Origin: an uncultured Lachnospiraceae bacterium
GTDB taxonomy: Bacteria; Bacillota; Clostridia; Lachnospirales; Lachnospiraceae
Assembly: GCA_964388555.1 (NCBI GenBank)
Contig: CAYMAY010000004.1
Span: 1-45,812 of the forward strand
Length of the DNA: 45,812 bases
Reading direction: 5' to 3'
In this document: in pieces, positions 10,910 through 19,515 of the stretch
Layout: every line of letters begins with the position of its first letter
Position numbering within the stretch: the stretch's first letter is position 1
Made by a program: the position numbers and the translations under genes
The notes under the pieces: generated by a model
What the model was told of the DNA's origin: nothing
The model's input: only the letters and a program-made list of their open reading frames with translations
Database searches by the model: none

Positions 10910-12219
10910 TGTTAAAAACCTTACGCGATGCACTGCGTGTCAAGGAAATACGCCATAGATTATTCTACGTTTTTATAGCGCTTGTAATAATCAGGGCCGG
11001 GTCTCAGATACCCGTGCCCGGCGTTGATACCTCTTTCTTTAGCACAATGTTTTCAGAATCGTCAAACGACGCGTTTTCGTTTCTGGATGCATTCACAGGA
11101 GGAGGATTTAGTAACTTTTCTATCTTCGCGCTGAGTATTACGCCTTATATCACGGCATCGATCATAATCCAGCTCCTTACCATTGCAATTCCTAAATTAG
11201 AGGAAATGCAAAGAGACGGAGAACAGGGAAGAAAGAAGCTTACGGCTATAACGAGATATGTCTCCATCGGACTTTCTATTATGGAGTCGGTTGCTCTTTG
11301 CATAAGCTTCGGAAACAGCATGCTCATAGAAATGAACGTCCTGAATGTGATCGTTGTTGTTGCGTCTCTTACAGCCGGTTCCACATTCCTTATGTGGCTC
11401 GGTGAGCAGATAAACGATAAGGGCGTCGGAAACGGCATTTCGATAGTCCTGTTGATAAACATTCTGTCGAGAATACCGTCGGATTTCATTACCCTTTACG
11501 GAAACTTCGTTCAGGGCAAGAGTATCGCATGGGCGACTGTTGCGTGGATCGTAATCTTCGCAGTAGTGATATTCGTAGTCGTTCTTGTACTTATACTTAA
11601 CGGCGCAGAGAGAAGAATAAGCGTACAGTATTCCAAAAAGATTGTGGGAAGAAGAACAATGGGCGGTCAGTCCTCTCATATTCCGCTTAAGGTTAATACC
11701 TCAGGCGTTATCCCGATAATCTTTGCATCGTCCATAATGTCGATACCGTCGATAATAATAGGCTTTACAGGAGCTTCGCTTACAGGCTGGGCAGGTACAT
11801 TTGTATCGATGCTTAGCTCCAGCAACTGGTTTGATCCGAATAACTGGTTCCTTACACTGGGACTTGTAATATATGTTTTACTTGTTGTATTCTTCGCATA
11901 TTTCTATACGACGATCACATTCAATCCTATAGAGGTTGCGGACAACATCAAGAAACAGGGCGGATTTATACCGGGAATACGTCCGGGTAAGCCTACGGTT
12001 GATTATCTTCAGTCGGTGCTTAAGTACATTATATTCATAGGCGCTGTCGGACTTGTGATAGTAGCCGTGATACCGTTTATATTCAATGGCTTGTTCAACG
12101 CAAGCGTTTCGTTCGGCGGAACATCGCTTATAATTATTGCATCCGTTATTCTGGAAACCTTAAAGCAGATTGAATCCATGATGCTTGTAAGAAATTATAA
12201 GGGCTTTTTGAATAACTGA
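10909..12219 (+). CDS. secY: preprotein translocase subunit SecY
   Basis: 436 aa and polytopic; the start overlaps the rplO stop (TAATG); canonical position after rplO. Confidence 0.96.
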   Translation: MLKTLRDALRVKEIRHRLFYVFIALVIIRAGSQIPVPGVDTSFFSTMFSESSNDAFSFLDAFTGGGFSNFSIFALSITPYITASIIIQLLTIAIPKLEEMQRDGEQGRKKLTAITRYVSIGLSIMESVALCISFGNSMLIEMNVLNVIVVVASLTAGSTFLMWLGEQINDKGVGNGISIVLLINILSRIPSDFITLYGNFVQGKSIAWATVAWIVIFAVVIFVVVLVLILNGAERRISVQYSKKIVGRRTMGGQSSHIPLKVNTSGVIPIIFASSIMSIPSIIIGFTGASLTGWAGTFVSMLSSSNWFDPNNWFLTLGLVIYVLLVVFFAYFYTTITFNPIEVADNIKKQGGFIPGIRPGKPTVDYLQSVLKYIIFIGAVGLVIVAVIPFIFNGLFNASVSFGGTSLIIIASVILETLKQIESMMLVRNYKGFLNN

Positions 12220-12282
12220 GAAAAAAGATTAAGGCTGTGGCTTTTGCCGCAGCCTATACTTGCATACAGGAGAATGTTTATT

Positions 12283-12930
12283 ATGAAAAAAATAATCATG
12301 CTGGGTGCGCCCGGAGCAGGCAAAGGCACGCAGGCCGCACTTATTTCAGAAAAATACAATATACCGCATATTTCGACGGGAGACATATTCCGTGAGAATA
12401 TCAAAAACGGAACAGAGCTTGGTAAGAAGGCTAAAGAATACATGGATGCCGGACTTCTTGTTCCCGATGAGCTCACATGTGACCTGGTTATAGACAGAAT
12501 TTCAAAGGATGATGCCGTAAACGGCTATATATTAGACGGATTCCCACGTACTCTTGTTCAGGCAGAGGCTCTTACCGAGGCTCTTAAAAAGAGAAACGAA
12601 GCAGTTGATTATGCCATAGACATAGAGGTTGATGACGATTTTATAGTAAACCGTATGTCGGGACGTCGTGTATGCAAGGGCTGCGGAGCTACGTATCACA
12701 TTCAGTTTGCTCCGTCCAAAAAAGAAAATGTCTGCGATAAATGCTCGGGAGAGCTTGCATTAAGAAAAGATGATGCACCGGAGACTGTAAAGAAGCGTCT
12801 TGCGGTATATCATGAACAGACACAGCCGCTTATCGAGTATTACGGAAACGCAGGTGTCCTTCACGAATTTGACGGAACTAAGGCCATAGATGATGTATTT
12901 GCAGCAATAAAAGAACTTTTGGGTGAATAA
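12283..12930 (+). CDS. adk: adenylate kinase (Zn-lid type)
   Basis: ATG 12283 after AGGAGA gives MKKIIMLGAPGAGKGTQA (P-loop). The lid has four Cys (CKGC...CDKC). The ORF track opens further upstream at 12244. Confidence 0.95.
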   Translation: MKKIIMLGAPGAGKGTQAALISEKYNIPHISTGDIFRENIKNGTELGKKAKEYMDAGLLVPDELTCDLVIDRISKDDAVNGYILDGFPRTLVQAEALTEALKKRNEAVDYAIDIEVDDDFIVNRMSGRRVCKGCGATYHIQFAPSKKENVCDKCSGELALRKDDAPETVKKRLAVYHEQTQPLIEYYGNAGVLHEFDGTKAIDDVFAAIKELLGE

Positions 12931-12931
12931 A

Positions 12932-13687
12932 ATGTCAGTTACGATCAAGTCGCCGCATGAAATTGAATTAATGAGACATGCGGGTAAGCTTTTGGAAGAG
13001 GTTTTCGATAGGTTACAGGAAATAGTTAAACCGGGTATTTCCACATGGGAAATAGACAAAAAAGGTGAGGAATTCATAAGAAAAAGCGGGTGCGTACCGA
13101 ATTTTCTTAACTACGAAGGTTTTCCGGCTTCAATCTGCACATCAATTAATAATGCAGTTGTCCATGGAATTCCCAGTAAGAAGATTATCCTTGCCGAGGG
13201 CGATATAATCAGCCTTGACTGTGGTCTCATATACAAGGGATACCATTCCGACATGGCGAGAACATTCGGAGTCGGTGAAATATCGGAGAATGCGCAAAAG
13301 CTTATTGACGTAACGAAACAGTCCTTCTTCGAAGGAATAAAATTCGCAAAAGCCGGAAATCATCTGCACCAGATATCTGCAGCAATAGGTAATTACGCCG
13401 AGAGCTTTGGCTACGGAGTCGTAGAGGATCTTGTGGGACACGGAATCGGAACGTCACTTCATGAGGATCCGGCGATACCGAACTTCCCGTGCAAAAGCCG
13501 TGGAATACGCCTGAGAGCCGGAATGACTCTTGCCATCGAGCCTATGATCAACGAAGGCACTTACGAGGTTGAATGGCTGGATGACGACTGGACAGTCGTT
13601 ACGGCGGACGGAAAGCTTTCCGCCCATTACGAAAACACGGTACTCATAACAGACGGTGAGCCGGAGATTCTTACTCTAAGCCATTGA
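12932..13687 (+). CDS. map: type I methionine aminopeptidase
   Basis: About 251 aa with the metal-ligand blocks DCGLIYKGYHSDMARTF, HGIGTSLHE and EPMIN. The start could be ATG 12932 or GTG 12923. Confidence 0.94.
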   Translation: MSVTIKSPHEIELMRHAGKLLEEVFDRLQEIVKPGISTWEIDKKGEEFIRKSGCVPNFLNYEGFPASICTSINNAVVHGIPSKKIILAEGDIISLDCGLIYKGYHSDMARTFGVGEISENAQKLIDVTKQSFFEGIKFAKAGNHLHQISAAIGNYAESFGYGVVEDLVGHGIGTSLHEDPAIPNFPCKSRGIRLRAGMTLAIEPMINEGTYEVEWLDDDWTVVTADGKLSAHYENTVLITDGEPEILTLSH

Positions 13688-13765
13688 CATCTGAAAACAA
13701 CGAAAGTACATTATGAAGCACTCTCGGATTTTGAGAGTTCAGTACGTATAAACAGGAGGAAATAT

Positions 13766-13984
13766 ATGTCTAAATCAGACGTAATAGAAGTAGAAGGAAA
13801 GGTTCTTGAGAAGCTTCCGAATGCAATGTTCAAGGTAGAACTTGAAAACAAGCACGTTGTTCTGGCGCACATCAGCGGAAAGCTCAGAATGAACTTTATC
13901 AGAATACTTCCGGGTGATAAGGTGACGATAGAGCTGTCGCCGTATGATCTTGATAAGGGACGTATTATTTGGCGTGACAAGTAA
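13766..13984 (+). CDS. infA: translation initiation factor IF-1
   Basis: 72 aa, [28 protein letters not shown]...SPYDL.KGRI..R. Confidence 0.97.
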   Translation: MSKSDVIEVEGKVLEKLPNAMFKVELENKHVVLAHISGKLRMNFIRILPGDKVTIELSPYDLDKGRIIWRDK

Positions 13985-13993
13985 AAAACACTA

Positions 13994-14022
13994 TTGCTTT
14001 TTTGAAATATAAACGATATGAT
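13994..14022 (+). promoter_or_regulatory. promoter-like element TTGCTT-17 nt-TATGAT immediately after infA
   Basis: -35 TTGCTT at 13994-13999 and -10 TATGAT at 14017-14022 with a 17-nt spacer. It would launch a transcript through the hairpin-rich spacer toward ftsZ. Confidence 0.4.
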
Positions 14023-14089
14023 ACTAAGGTCGAAAAGTTAAAAATTCTATTACAAACTTGTTTGTAAGAGAATTTTTAACTTTGAGACC
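14017..14089 (+). repeat. hairpin repeat unit A (AT-rich imperfect palindrome)
   Basis: Arms AAGTTAAAAATTCTATTACAAAC and GTTTGTAAGAGAATTTTTAACTT are complementary with one mismatch. The unit is homologous to unit B at 14187-14249. Confidence 0.7.
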
Positions 14090-14186
14090 TGCAAAAACAT
14101 GAGTAAGTAGCCATTTTTCGTAGAAAAATGAGCGGATTACGAATGTTTTTAAGCATTGCGAGAGTACAAAGTACGAAGCAATGCTG

Positions 14187-14256
14187 TATCATAGTATCGA
14201 AAAGTCAAAAATCTAATACAAGCTTGCTTGTAAGAGGATTTTTGAAGAGTTTTTTT
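14187..14256 (+). repeat. hairpin repeat unit B followed by a T7 run (terminator/attenuator-like)
   Basis: TCGAAAAGTCAAAAATCTAATACAAGCTTGCTTGTAAGAGGATTTTTGA aligns by eye with unit A at roughly 80 percent. T7 at 14250-14256. Confidence 0.65.
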
Positions 14257-14325
14257 GATTTTATATCAGAGTTTTAAACTTGAGGGGAAGCAAGTAAATA
14301 AAATTAAAAAAGGAGGAAAACTTCT

Positions 14326-15510
14326 TTGTTAGAGATAATGACAAATGATTCGGAAGGCGCTGCAAAGATCATAGTTGTGGGCGTCGGCGGTGCAGGTAAT
14401 AATGCCGTAAACAGAATGGTTGACGAAGCAATAGGCGGAGTTGAATTTATAGGTGTAAACACAGACCATCAGGCTCTTGCAATGAGCAAGGCACCGACGG
14501 TTCTTCAGATAGGGGAGAAAGTCACAAAAGGCCTCGGAGCCGGAGCAAAGCCTGAAGTTGGTCAGCAGGCTGCAGAGGAGAGCATAGACGAGATCAAGTC
14601 TCTCATCGAAGGCGCTGATATGGTATTCGTTACCTGCGGAATGGGTGGCGGAACAGGTACGGGAGCAGCTCCCATCGTTGCAAAGGTTGCTAAGGAAATG
14701 GGCATCCTTACAGTCGGAGTTGTTACAAAGCCGTTCAAATTCGAGGCTAAAAAGCGTATGGAGAATGCGCTGGGCGGAATCGAAAAATTAAAAGAAAACG
14801 TAGATACGCTTATCGTTATTCCTAACGACAAGCTTCTCGAGATCGTAGACAGACGCACGACAATGCCGGAAGCTCTTAAGAAGGCAGACGAAGTGTTAAA
14901 GCAGGCTGTTCAGGGTATTACAGACCTTATTAATCTGCCGGCACTTATCAATCTGGACTTCGCAGATGTACAGACTGTCATGACCGACAAGGGAATCGCT
15001 CATATCGGTATAGGTGAGGGCAAAGGCGACGACAAGGCACTTGAGGCTGTTCAGCAGGCTGTTTCCAGTCCGCTTCTCGAGACGACGATTACCGGCGCAA
15101 CCCACGTTATCATAAACATTTCCGGAGATATAAGTCTTATGGATGCAAACGATGCCGCAAGCTATGTTCAGAACCTTGCAGGCGAGGATGCAAACATAAT
15201 ATTCGGAGCGATGTACGATGATTCTATCCCGGATTACGCAAAGATAACAGTTATCGCTACAGGTCTTCAGGAGCAGAAGAAGGAGAGCGCAGGCGCATCC
15301 AAATTCGGTACAACGGCAAAGAGCAGCACAAATGCAGGTTCATCATTTACGTTCCCGACGCTGAACGTTTCCAGTCATGCTCAGAGCCCGAAGCCGGCGT
15401 CAAATCCCGGCAAGCTCAGCAGCGTTTTACCGACTGCCAATGCACCGATAACCAGCAGAGTACCCAAGAAGGATATTCAGATACCTGATTTCCTTAAGAA
15501 CAGAAATTAA
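14326..15510 (+). CDS. ftsZ: cell division protein FtsZ
   Basis: [13 protein letters not shown], the tubulin signature [10 protein letters not shown], and a C-terminal [11 protein letters not shown] peptide. TTG 14326 lies 9 nt after AGGAGG (14311-14316); the alternative ATG is at 14338. Confidence 0.96.
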   Translation: MLEIMTNDSEGAAKIIVVGVGGAGNNAVNRMVDEAIGGVEFIGVNTDHQALAMSKAPTVLQIGEKVTKGLGAGAKPEVGQQAAEESIDEIKSLIEGADMVFVTCGMGGGTGTGAAPIVAKVAKEMGILTVGVVTKPFKFEAKKRMENALGGIEKLKENVDTLIVIPNDKLLEIVDRRTTMPEALKKADEVLKQAVQGITDLINLPALINLDFADVQTVMTDKGIAHIGIGEGKGDDKALEAVQQAVSSPLLETTITGATHVIINISGDISLMDANDAASYVQNLAGEDANIIFGAMYDDSIPDYAKITVIATGLQEQKKESAGASKFGTTAKSSTNAGSSFTFPTLNVSSHAQSPKPASNPGKLSSVLPTANAPITSRVPKKDIQIPDFLKNRN

Positions 15511-15538
15511 AAATATTTCAAATTCGCGATGTTTATTC

Positions 15539-15577
15539 ATGGAGCGCACGGGTAACCGTCCGCTCCATATGTTTTTA
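15539..15577 (+). terminator. rho-independent terminator after ftsZ
   Basis: ATGGAGCGCACGG-GTAA-CCGTCCGCTCCAT stem-loop followed by ATGTTTTTA. Confidence 0.75.
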
Positions 15578-15602
15578 TAAGCAGACATTAAGGGAGATAG
15601 CA

Positions 15603-17369
15603 ATGAAGAAATTTACTGATTTGATCGCAGATGACATCGCTGCGGCATTTGAAAAAGCCGGATATGATCCGAAATATGCTTCGGTTACGGTGTCAAACCG
15701 TCCCGACCTTTGCGAATTTCAGTGTAACGGCGCAATGGCGGCAAAAAAGCAATACGGGAAAAATCCCAGAGAGATAGCCGAAGCCGTTGCCGCACAGCTT
15801 AATGACAGCACCACAATAGAAAGTGCCGAGGTTGCCGGACCGGGATTTCTTAACATTAAGGTTTCGGGAGGATTTTTATCGGATTATCTGGGTCAAATGT
15901 CAAAGGATGACAAGCTTGGCGCGGAAAATCCCGAAAGCCCCAAAACAGTCGTTATTGATTACGGCGGTCCCAATGTTGCAAAGCCGCTTCATGTAGGTCA
16001 TTTGCGCTCTGCCATAATAGGCGAGAGCCTTAAGAGACTCGGCAGATTCATGGGTGACAAGATGATCGGCGACGTGCATCTTGGCGACTGGGGTTTGCAG
16101 ATGGGTCTTATAATCACCGAGGTACACGACAGAGAGCCGTCACTTCCGTATTTTGATCCGGATTTCAAGGGGGAATATCCAAAAGAGGCTCCTTTTACCA
16201 TAAGCGAGCTTGAGGAAATATACCCCGCGGCAAGTGCAAAGAGTAAGGCAGACGAGGAATTTAAGGCGAGAGCTCTGGAGGCTACGAATGAGCTTCAGCA
16301 GGGCAGACCGGGCTATATCGCTCTCTGGAATCACATAATGAATGTTTCCGTTACCGATCTTAAGGCAAATTACAAGAAGCTGGGTGTTGAATTTGACCTC
16401 TGGAAAAAGGAATCCGACGCGCAGGAATATATCCCGGACATGGTTCAGAAAATGAAGGACGACGGATATGCCTATGAGGATCAGGGTGCGCTTATCGTGG
16501 ATGTCAAAAAGGATGACGATACGAAAGAGGTACCTCCGTGTATCGTGCTTAAATCAGACGGGGCGTCACTCTATACGACGACAGATCTTGCCACAATCGT
16601 AGAGAGAATGAAGCTCTTTAATCCCGATGAAATTCTCTATGTCGTTGATAAAAGACAGGAAATGCACTTCATCCAGGTGTTCAGATGCGCCCAGAAGTGC
16701 GGTATCGTAAAAGACGATACAAAGCTCGTGCATTTGGGATTCGGCACCATGAACGGCAAGGACGGAAAGCCCTTTAAGACACGTGAAGGCGGCGTTATGC
16801 GTCTCGAGAATCTCATAAAAGAGATAAACGAAAAGATGTACGAGAAGATCGTCGAGAATAAAGGATGCGCCCAGGAGGATACAAAGGACGTGGCCCGCAT
16901 CGTCGGTCTTGCAGCCATAAAATACGGAGATCTCTCTAACCAGGCAACAAAGGATTATGTCTTTGATCCCGATCGCTTTACATCATTTGAGGGAAATACG
17001 GGACCGTATATCCTCTACACTATCGTGCGTATAAAATCCATTATGGCAAAATACGCACAGAACGGCGGAAACGTTGAGGATTGCAGAATAATGGCACCTG
17101 TTTCCGAAAGCGAAAAATCGCTGATGCTGGAATGTGCCGCCTTCGGAAGCGCCATACTTACGGCCTACGAGGAGAATGCGCCTCACAAGATCTGTGCATA
17201 CATCTACTCACTGTCAAACAGCTTCAATCATTTTTATCATGAGACGAAGATCCTCTCCGAGGAAGATGATGAGAAGAAGAAGAGCTGGATAGCATTGCTT
17301 AAGCTTGTAAAAGAAGTTTTGGAGACATGCATAGATATCCTGGGTTTTGAAGCTCCGGAGAAGATGTAA
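15603..17369 (+). CDS. argS: arginine--tRNA ligase
   Basis: 588 aa; class I HIGH motif as PLHVGHLRS; N-terminal Arg-tRNA-synthetase-type domain; C-terminal DALR-like helical domain. Confidence 0.93.
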   Translation: MKKFTDLIADDIAAAFEKAGYDPKYASVTVSNRPDLCEFQCNGAMAAKKQYGKNPREIAEAVAAQLNDSTTIESAEVAGPGFLNIKVSGGFLSDYLGQMSKDDKLGAENPESPKTVVIDYGGPNVAKPLHVGHLRSAIIGESLKRLGRFMGDKMIGDVHLGDWGLQMGLIITEVHDREPSLPYFDPDFKGEYPKEAPFTISELEEIYPAASAKSKADEEFKARALEATNELQQGRPGYIALWNHIMNVSVTDLKANYKKLGVEFDLWKKESDAQEYIPDMVQKMKDDGYAYEDQGALIVDVKKDDDTKEVPPCIVLKSDGASLYTTTDLATIVERMKLFNPDEILYVVDKRQEMHFIQVFRCAQKCGIVKDDTKLVHLGFGTMNGKDGKPFKTREGGVMRLENLIKEINEKMYEKIVENKGCAQEDTKDVARIVGLAAIKYGDLSNQATKDYVFDPDRFTSFEGNTGPYILYTIVRIKSIMAKYAQNGGNVEDCRIMAPVSESEKSLMLECAAFGSAILTAYEENAPHKICAYIYSLSNSFNHFYHETKILSEEDDEKKKSWIALLKLVKEVLETCIDILGFEAPEKM

Positions 17370-17385
17370 AGTTAAGAGGAACGAT

Positions 17386-18093
17386 TTGAACGATAAAAAC
17401 CAGGTATCTGTCAAAAATAAAATATGGGAAATGATAAATCCCTTCGCGTTTTTCATGATATGCATGGCGGCCTGTATATTTGTGATCTATATTGTGTTAG
17501 GATCAGTATACGAGTTCAGCGGCGTAAGCGGTATTTCACTTGAGGAATATGTGGTACAAAATTCCGCGATATGGTGTTATTTATCTTTTTATGCTATAAC
17601 CATTGTAGTAAAATATAAGAGTATAGCGTATGATAAATTCAAGTACGGTCACAAGTCGGCCAACTGGAAGCTCTGGAAATGCATCGCTGCCGCGGCAATA
17701 GGCTTCTTAGCGGCATATGTCATAAGCAAGATAATTATGGCGTCCGGTTTAAATGAAGTATTTACGACATACAGTACGACGGCCGACAGTACGTTTTCGG
17801 GTAAGCCGGCTGTGCTGCTTATCCTGATCACCGTCATATTGGGGCCGATAGCCGAGGAATTGATATTCCGGTATATGACATTTGGAAGGATGCGCTTTTA
17901 TCTTGGCAGCAAATGGGCGATAATACTTTCGTCGCTGTTATTCGGGATTTATCATGCAAACATGCTTCAGTTTATATATTGCACATTGCTGGGAATAGTG
18001 CTGGCGATAATTTATGACAGATCGGGTAATCTGTGGATAACCATCGCGGCGCATATGGCCATAAATTTTGCAAGTATAACAACTTACTTTTAA
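17386..18093 (+). CDS. CPBP family intramembrane glutamic endopeptidase (CAAX protease-like)
   Basis: Polytopic, with EELIFRY, FGIYH and HMAINF motifs. The start is uncertain: TTG 17386 lies 5 nt after AAGAGGA, the ORF opens at TTG 17347, and the first ATG is at 17431. Confidence 0.8.
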   Translation: MNDKNQVSVKNKIWEMINPFAFFMICMAACIFVIYIVLGSVYEFSGVSGISLEEYVVQNSAIWCYLSFYAITIVVKYKSIAYDKFKYGHKSANWKLWKCIAAAAIGFLAAYVISKIIMASGLNEVFTTYSTTADSTFSGKPAVLLILITVILGPIAEELIFRYMTFGRMRFYLGSKWAIILSSLLFGIYHANMLQFIYCTLLGIVLAIIYDRSGNLWITIAAHMAINFASITTYF

Positions 18094-18105
18094 GGAGGAC
18101 AGAAT

Positions 18106-18720
18106 ATGAACATTTGTGTATACGGAGCGGCGAGTCAGAAAATAGAAGATAAGTATAAGGACGCCGTTGAGGAGCTCGGATATCTTATGGCACTTCGCGG
18201 ACATGATCTCGTATTCGGTGCCGGCGCCAGCGGCGTAATGGGCGCGGTCGCAAGAGGTGTTAAGCGAGGCAGAGGAAAGGTTACGGGAGTCATTCCGGAG
18301 TTCTTCAGGGACGAACAGATAGAAGCCGTATTCCAGCAGTGTGACGAGCTTATCTATACAAAGTCGATGCATGAGAGAAAAATGACCATGGAAAATCTGT
18401 CGGATGCGTTTGTTGTGGCGCCCGGCGGAATCGGAACAATGGAAGAGTTCTTCGAAACGCTCACATTAAAACAGCTTAGCAGACACACTAAGCCGATAGC
18501 TCTTTATAATATAGACGGCTTCTTTAATTATCTTGAATCGTTCATGTATGTTACGAAGGAAAAGAAGTTTATAAGAGCCAATTGTGATCTGCTTTATTTG
18601 TCATTTACCGATCTTGATGAGCTTTTCGATTATGTAGAGCATGGCGATGGTTCGTTCGGTATGTCTGTACATGACTTCAAGGATGGCGGAATAGAAAGAA
18701 TAAATAACAAAAGGGGATAA
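18106..18720 (+). CDS. LOG family (TIGR00730-type) nucleotide 5'-monophosphate nucleosidase-like protein
   Basis: 204 aa with GAGASGVMGAV and PGGIGTMEEFFE motifs; AAGGAGG SD directly upstream. Confidence 0.8.
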   Translation: MNICVYGAASQKIEDKYKDAVEELGYLMALRGHDLVFGAGASGVMGAVARGVKRGRGKVTGVIPEFFRDEQIEAVFQQCDELIYTKSMHERKMTMENLSDAFVVAPGGIGTMEEFFETLTLKQLSRHTKPIALYNIDGFFNYLESFMYVTKEKKFIRANCDLLYLSFTDLDELFDYVEHGDGSFGMSVHDFKDGGIERINNKRG

Positions 18721-18725
18721 GGATT

Positions 18726-18959
18726 ATGAGTTTTGAAAGAATCAGGGAGCTTATAGCAGAAATCGTAAGTTGCGATATAGATGAGATAACGATGGATACC
18801 AACATGAAAGAGGATCTCGGAATGGATTCCCTTGATGCTATGGAGCTTGTGATGTCCATAGACGAAGAACTTTGCGTTACCATTCCGGATGAAAAGGTTC
18901 CCGAGATGGTTTACGTAAAAGATCTTGTTGCCTACGTCGATGAAGATCTGGGAGAATGA
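18726..18959 (+). CDS. acyl carrier protein (orphan ACP)
   Basis: 77 aa, acidic, with the phosphopantetheine site DLGMDSLDAMELV. No fab or other lipid-synthesis genes are nearby. Confidence 0.8.
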   Translation: MSFERIRELIAEIVSCDIDEITMDTNMKEDLGMDSLDAMELVMSIDEELCVTIPDEKVPEMVYVKDLVAYVDEDLGE

Positions 18960-18982
18960 TTAAGAAAATAATCAGCCAATGA

Positions 18983-19027
18983 AAAATGTCGCATCAAGTG
19001 CTTATAATGCATTTAATGCGGCATTTT
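18983..19027. terminator. bidirectional hairpin between the convergent ACP and kinase genes
   Basis: AAAATGTCGCAT (18983-18994) pairs with ATGCGGCATTTT (19016-19027) with one G-U pair. Both sides have A/T-run flanks. Confidence 0.6.
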
Positions 19028-19047
19028 CATAGGAACAACTTTTCAAA

Positions 19048-19461
19048 TTAAAAGCTTTTTTTCACGCGAAGGATATTTTTACCGTCTTTGTATTCATATG
19101 TTACTTCGTCTGTCATTTTTTTGACCATAAATATGCCAAGCCCCCCTATCTTGCGTTCTTCAGCGCTTAACGTAATATCGGGCTCGGGTGCGGTAAGCGG
19201 ATCGAATGGCTTGCCCTCGTCCGTAAATGTAAGTGTTATGAGGCGTGACTTATTTGTTATTTCAAGGGCAATATTAGCATCGCCGCCGTTGGCGTACGCA
19301 TAACGCGCTATATTGCTGAAAATCTCGTCTGTTGCTATAGACATTGTCATTATCATTTCCGGTGAGCAGCAGGCTTCTTCAAGTGTAGTTTCAATAAATT
19401 CGGCAACTATCGGCATGCTGTCCAGCTTAGCCGTAACCGTTATATCTTTCTTAACATCCAT
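19048..19461 (-). CDS. RsbW/SpoIIAB-like anti-sigma-type serine kinase (HATPase_c_2)
   Basis: 137 aa with DEIFSNIARYA (N-box-like) and GGLGIFMVKKMTDEV (G-box). Size is typical of partner-switching kinases. Confidence 0.8.
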   Translation of the reverse strand: MDVKKDITVTAKLDSMPIVAEFIETTLEEACCSPEMIMTMSIATDEIFSNIARYAYANGGDANIALEITNKSRLITLTFTDEGKPFDPLTAPEPDITLSAEERKIGGLGIFMVKKMTDEVTYEYKDGKNILRVKKSF

Positions 19462-19515
19462 GTTAGTTTTTCCTTTTGTTATAGTATTATCTAACAGCAG
19501 CTCTGATGCCTTTGT

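Noticed and set aside
13985-14325. CRISPR array, tRNA gene or hidden rpmJ (L36) gene in the infA-ftsZ spacer
   Set aside because: Only two repeat units are present, they are themselves palindromic, and their spacing is irregular. There is no cloverleaf or T-loop (GGTTCGAAT-like) motif. No ORF resembles MKVRxSVK...
15511-15602. T-box leader upstream of argS
   Set aside because: The spacer is only 92 nt, whereas a T-box needs roughly 200 nt or more. Its hairpin plus T-run is adequately explained as the ftsZ terminator, and I saw no specifier-loop or T-box sequence.
18726-18959. The 77-aa protein as the missing STAS partner of the adjacent kinase/phosphatase
   Set aside because: Its sequence has the ACP DSL phosphopantetheine motif and ACP length. 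It is on the opposite strand, beyond a terminator.
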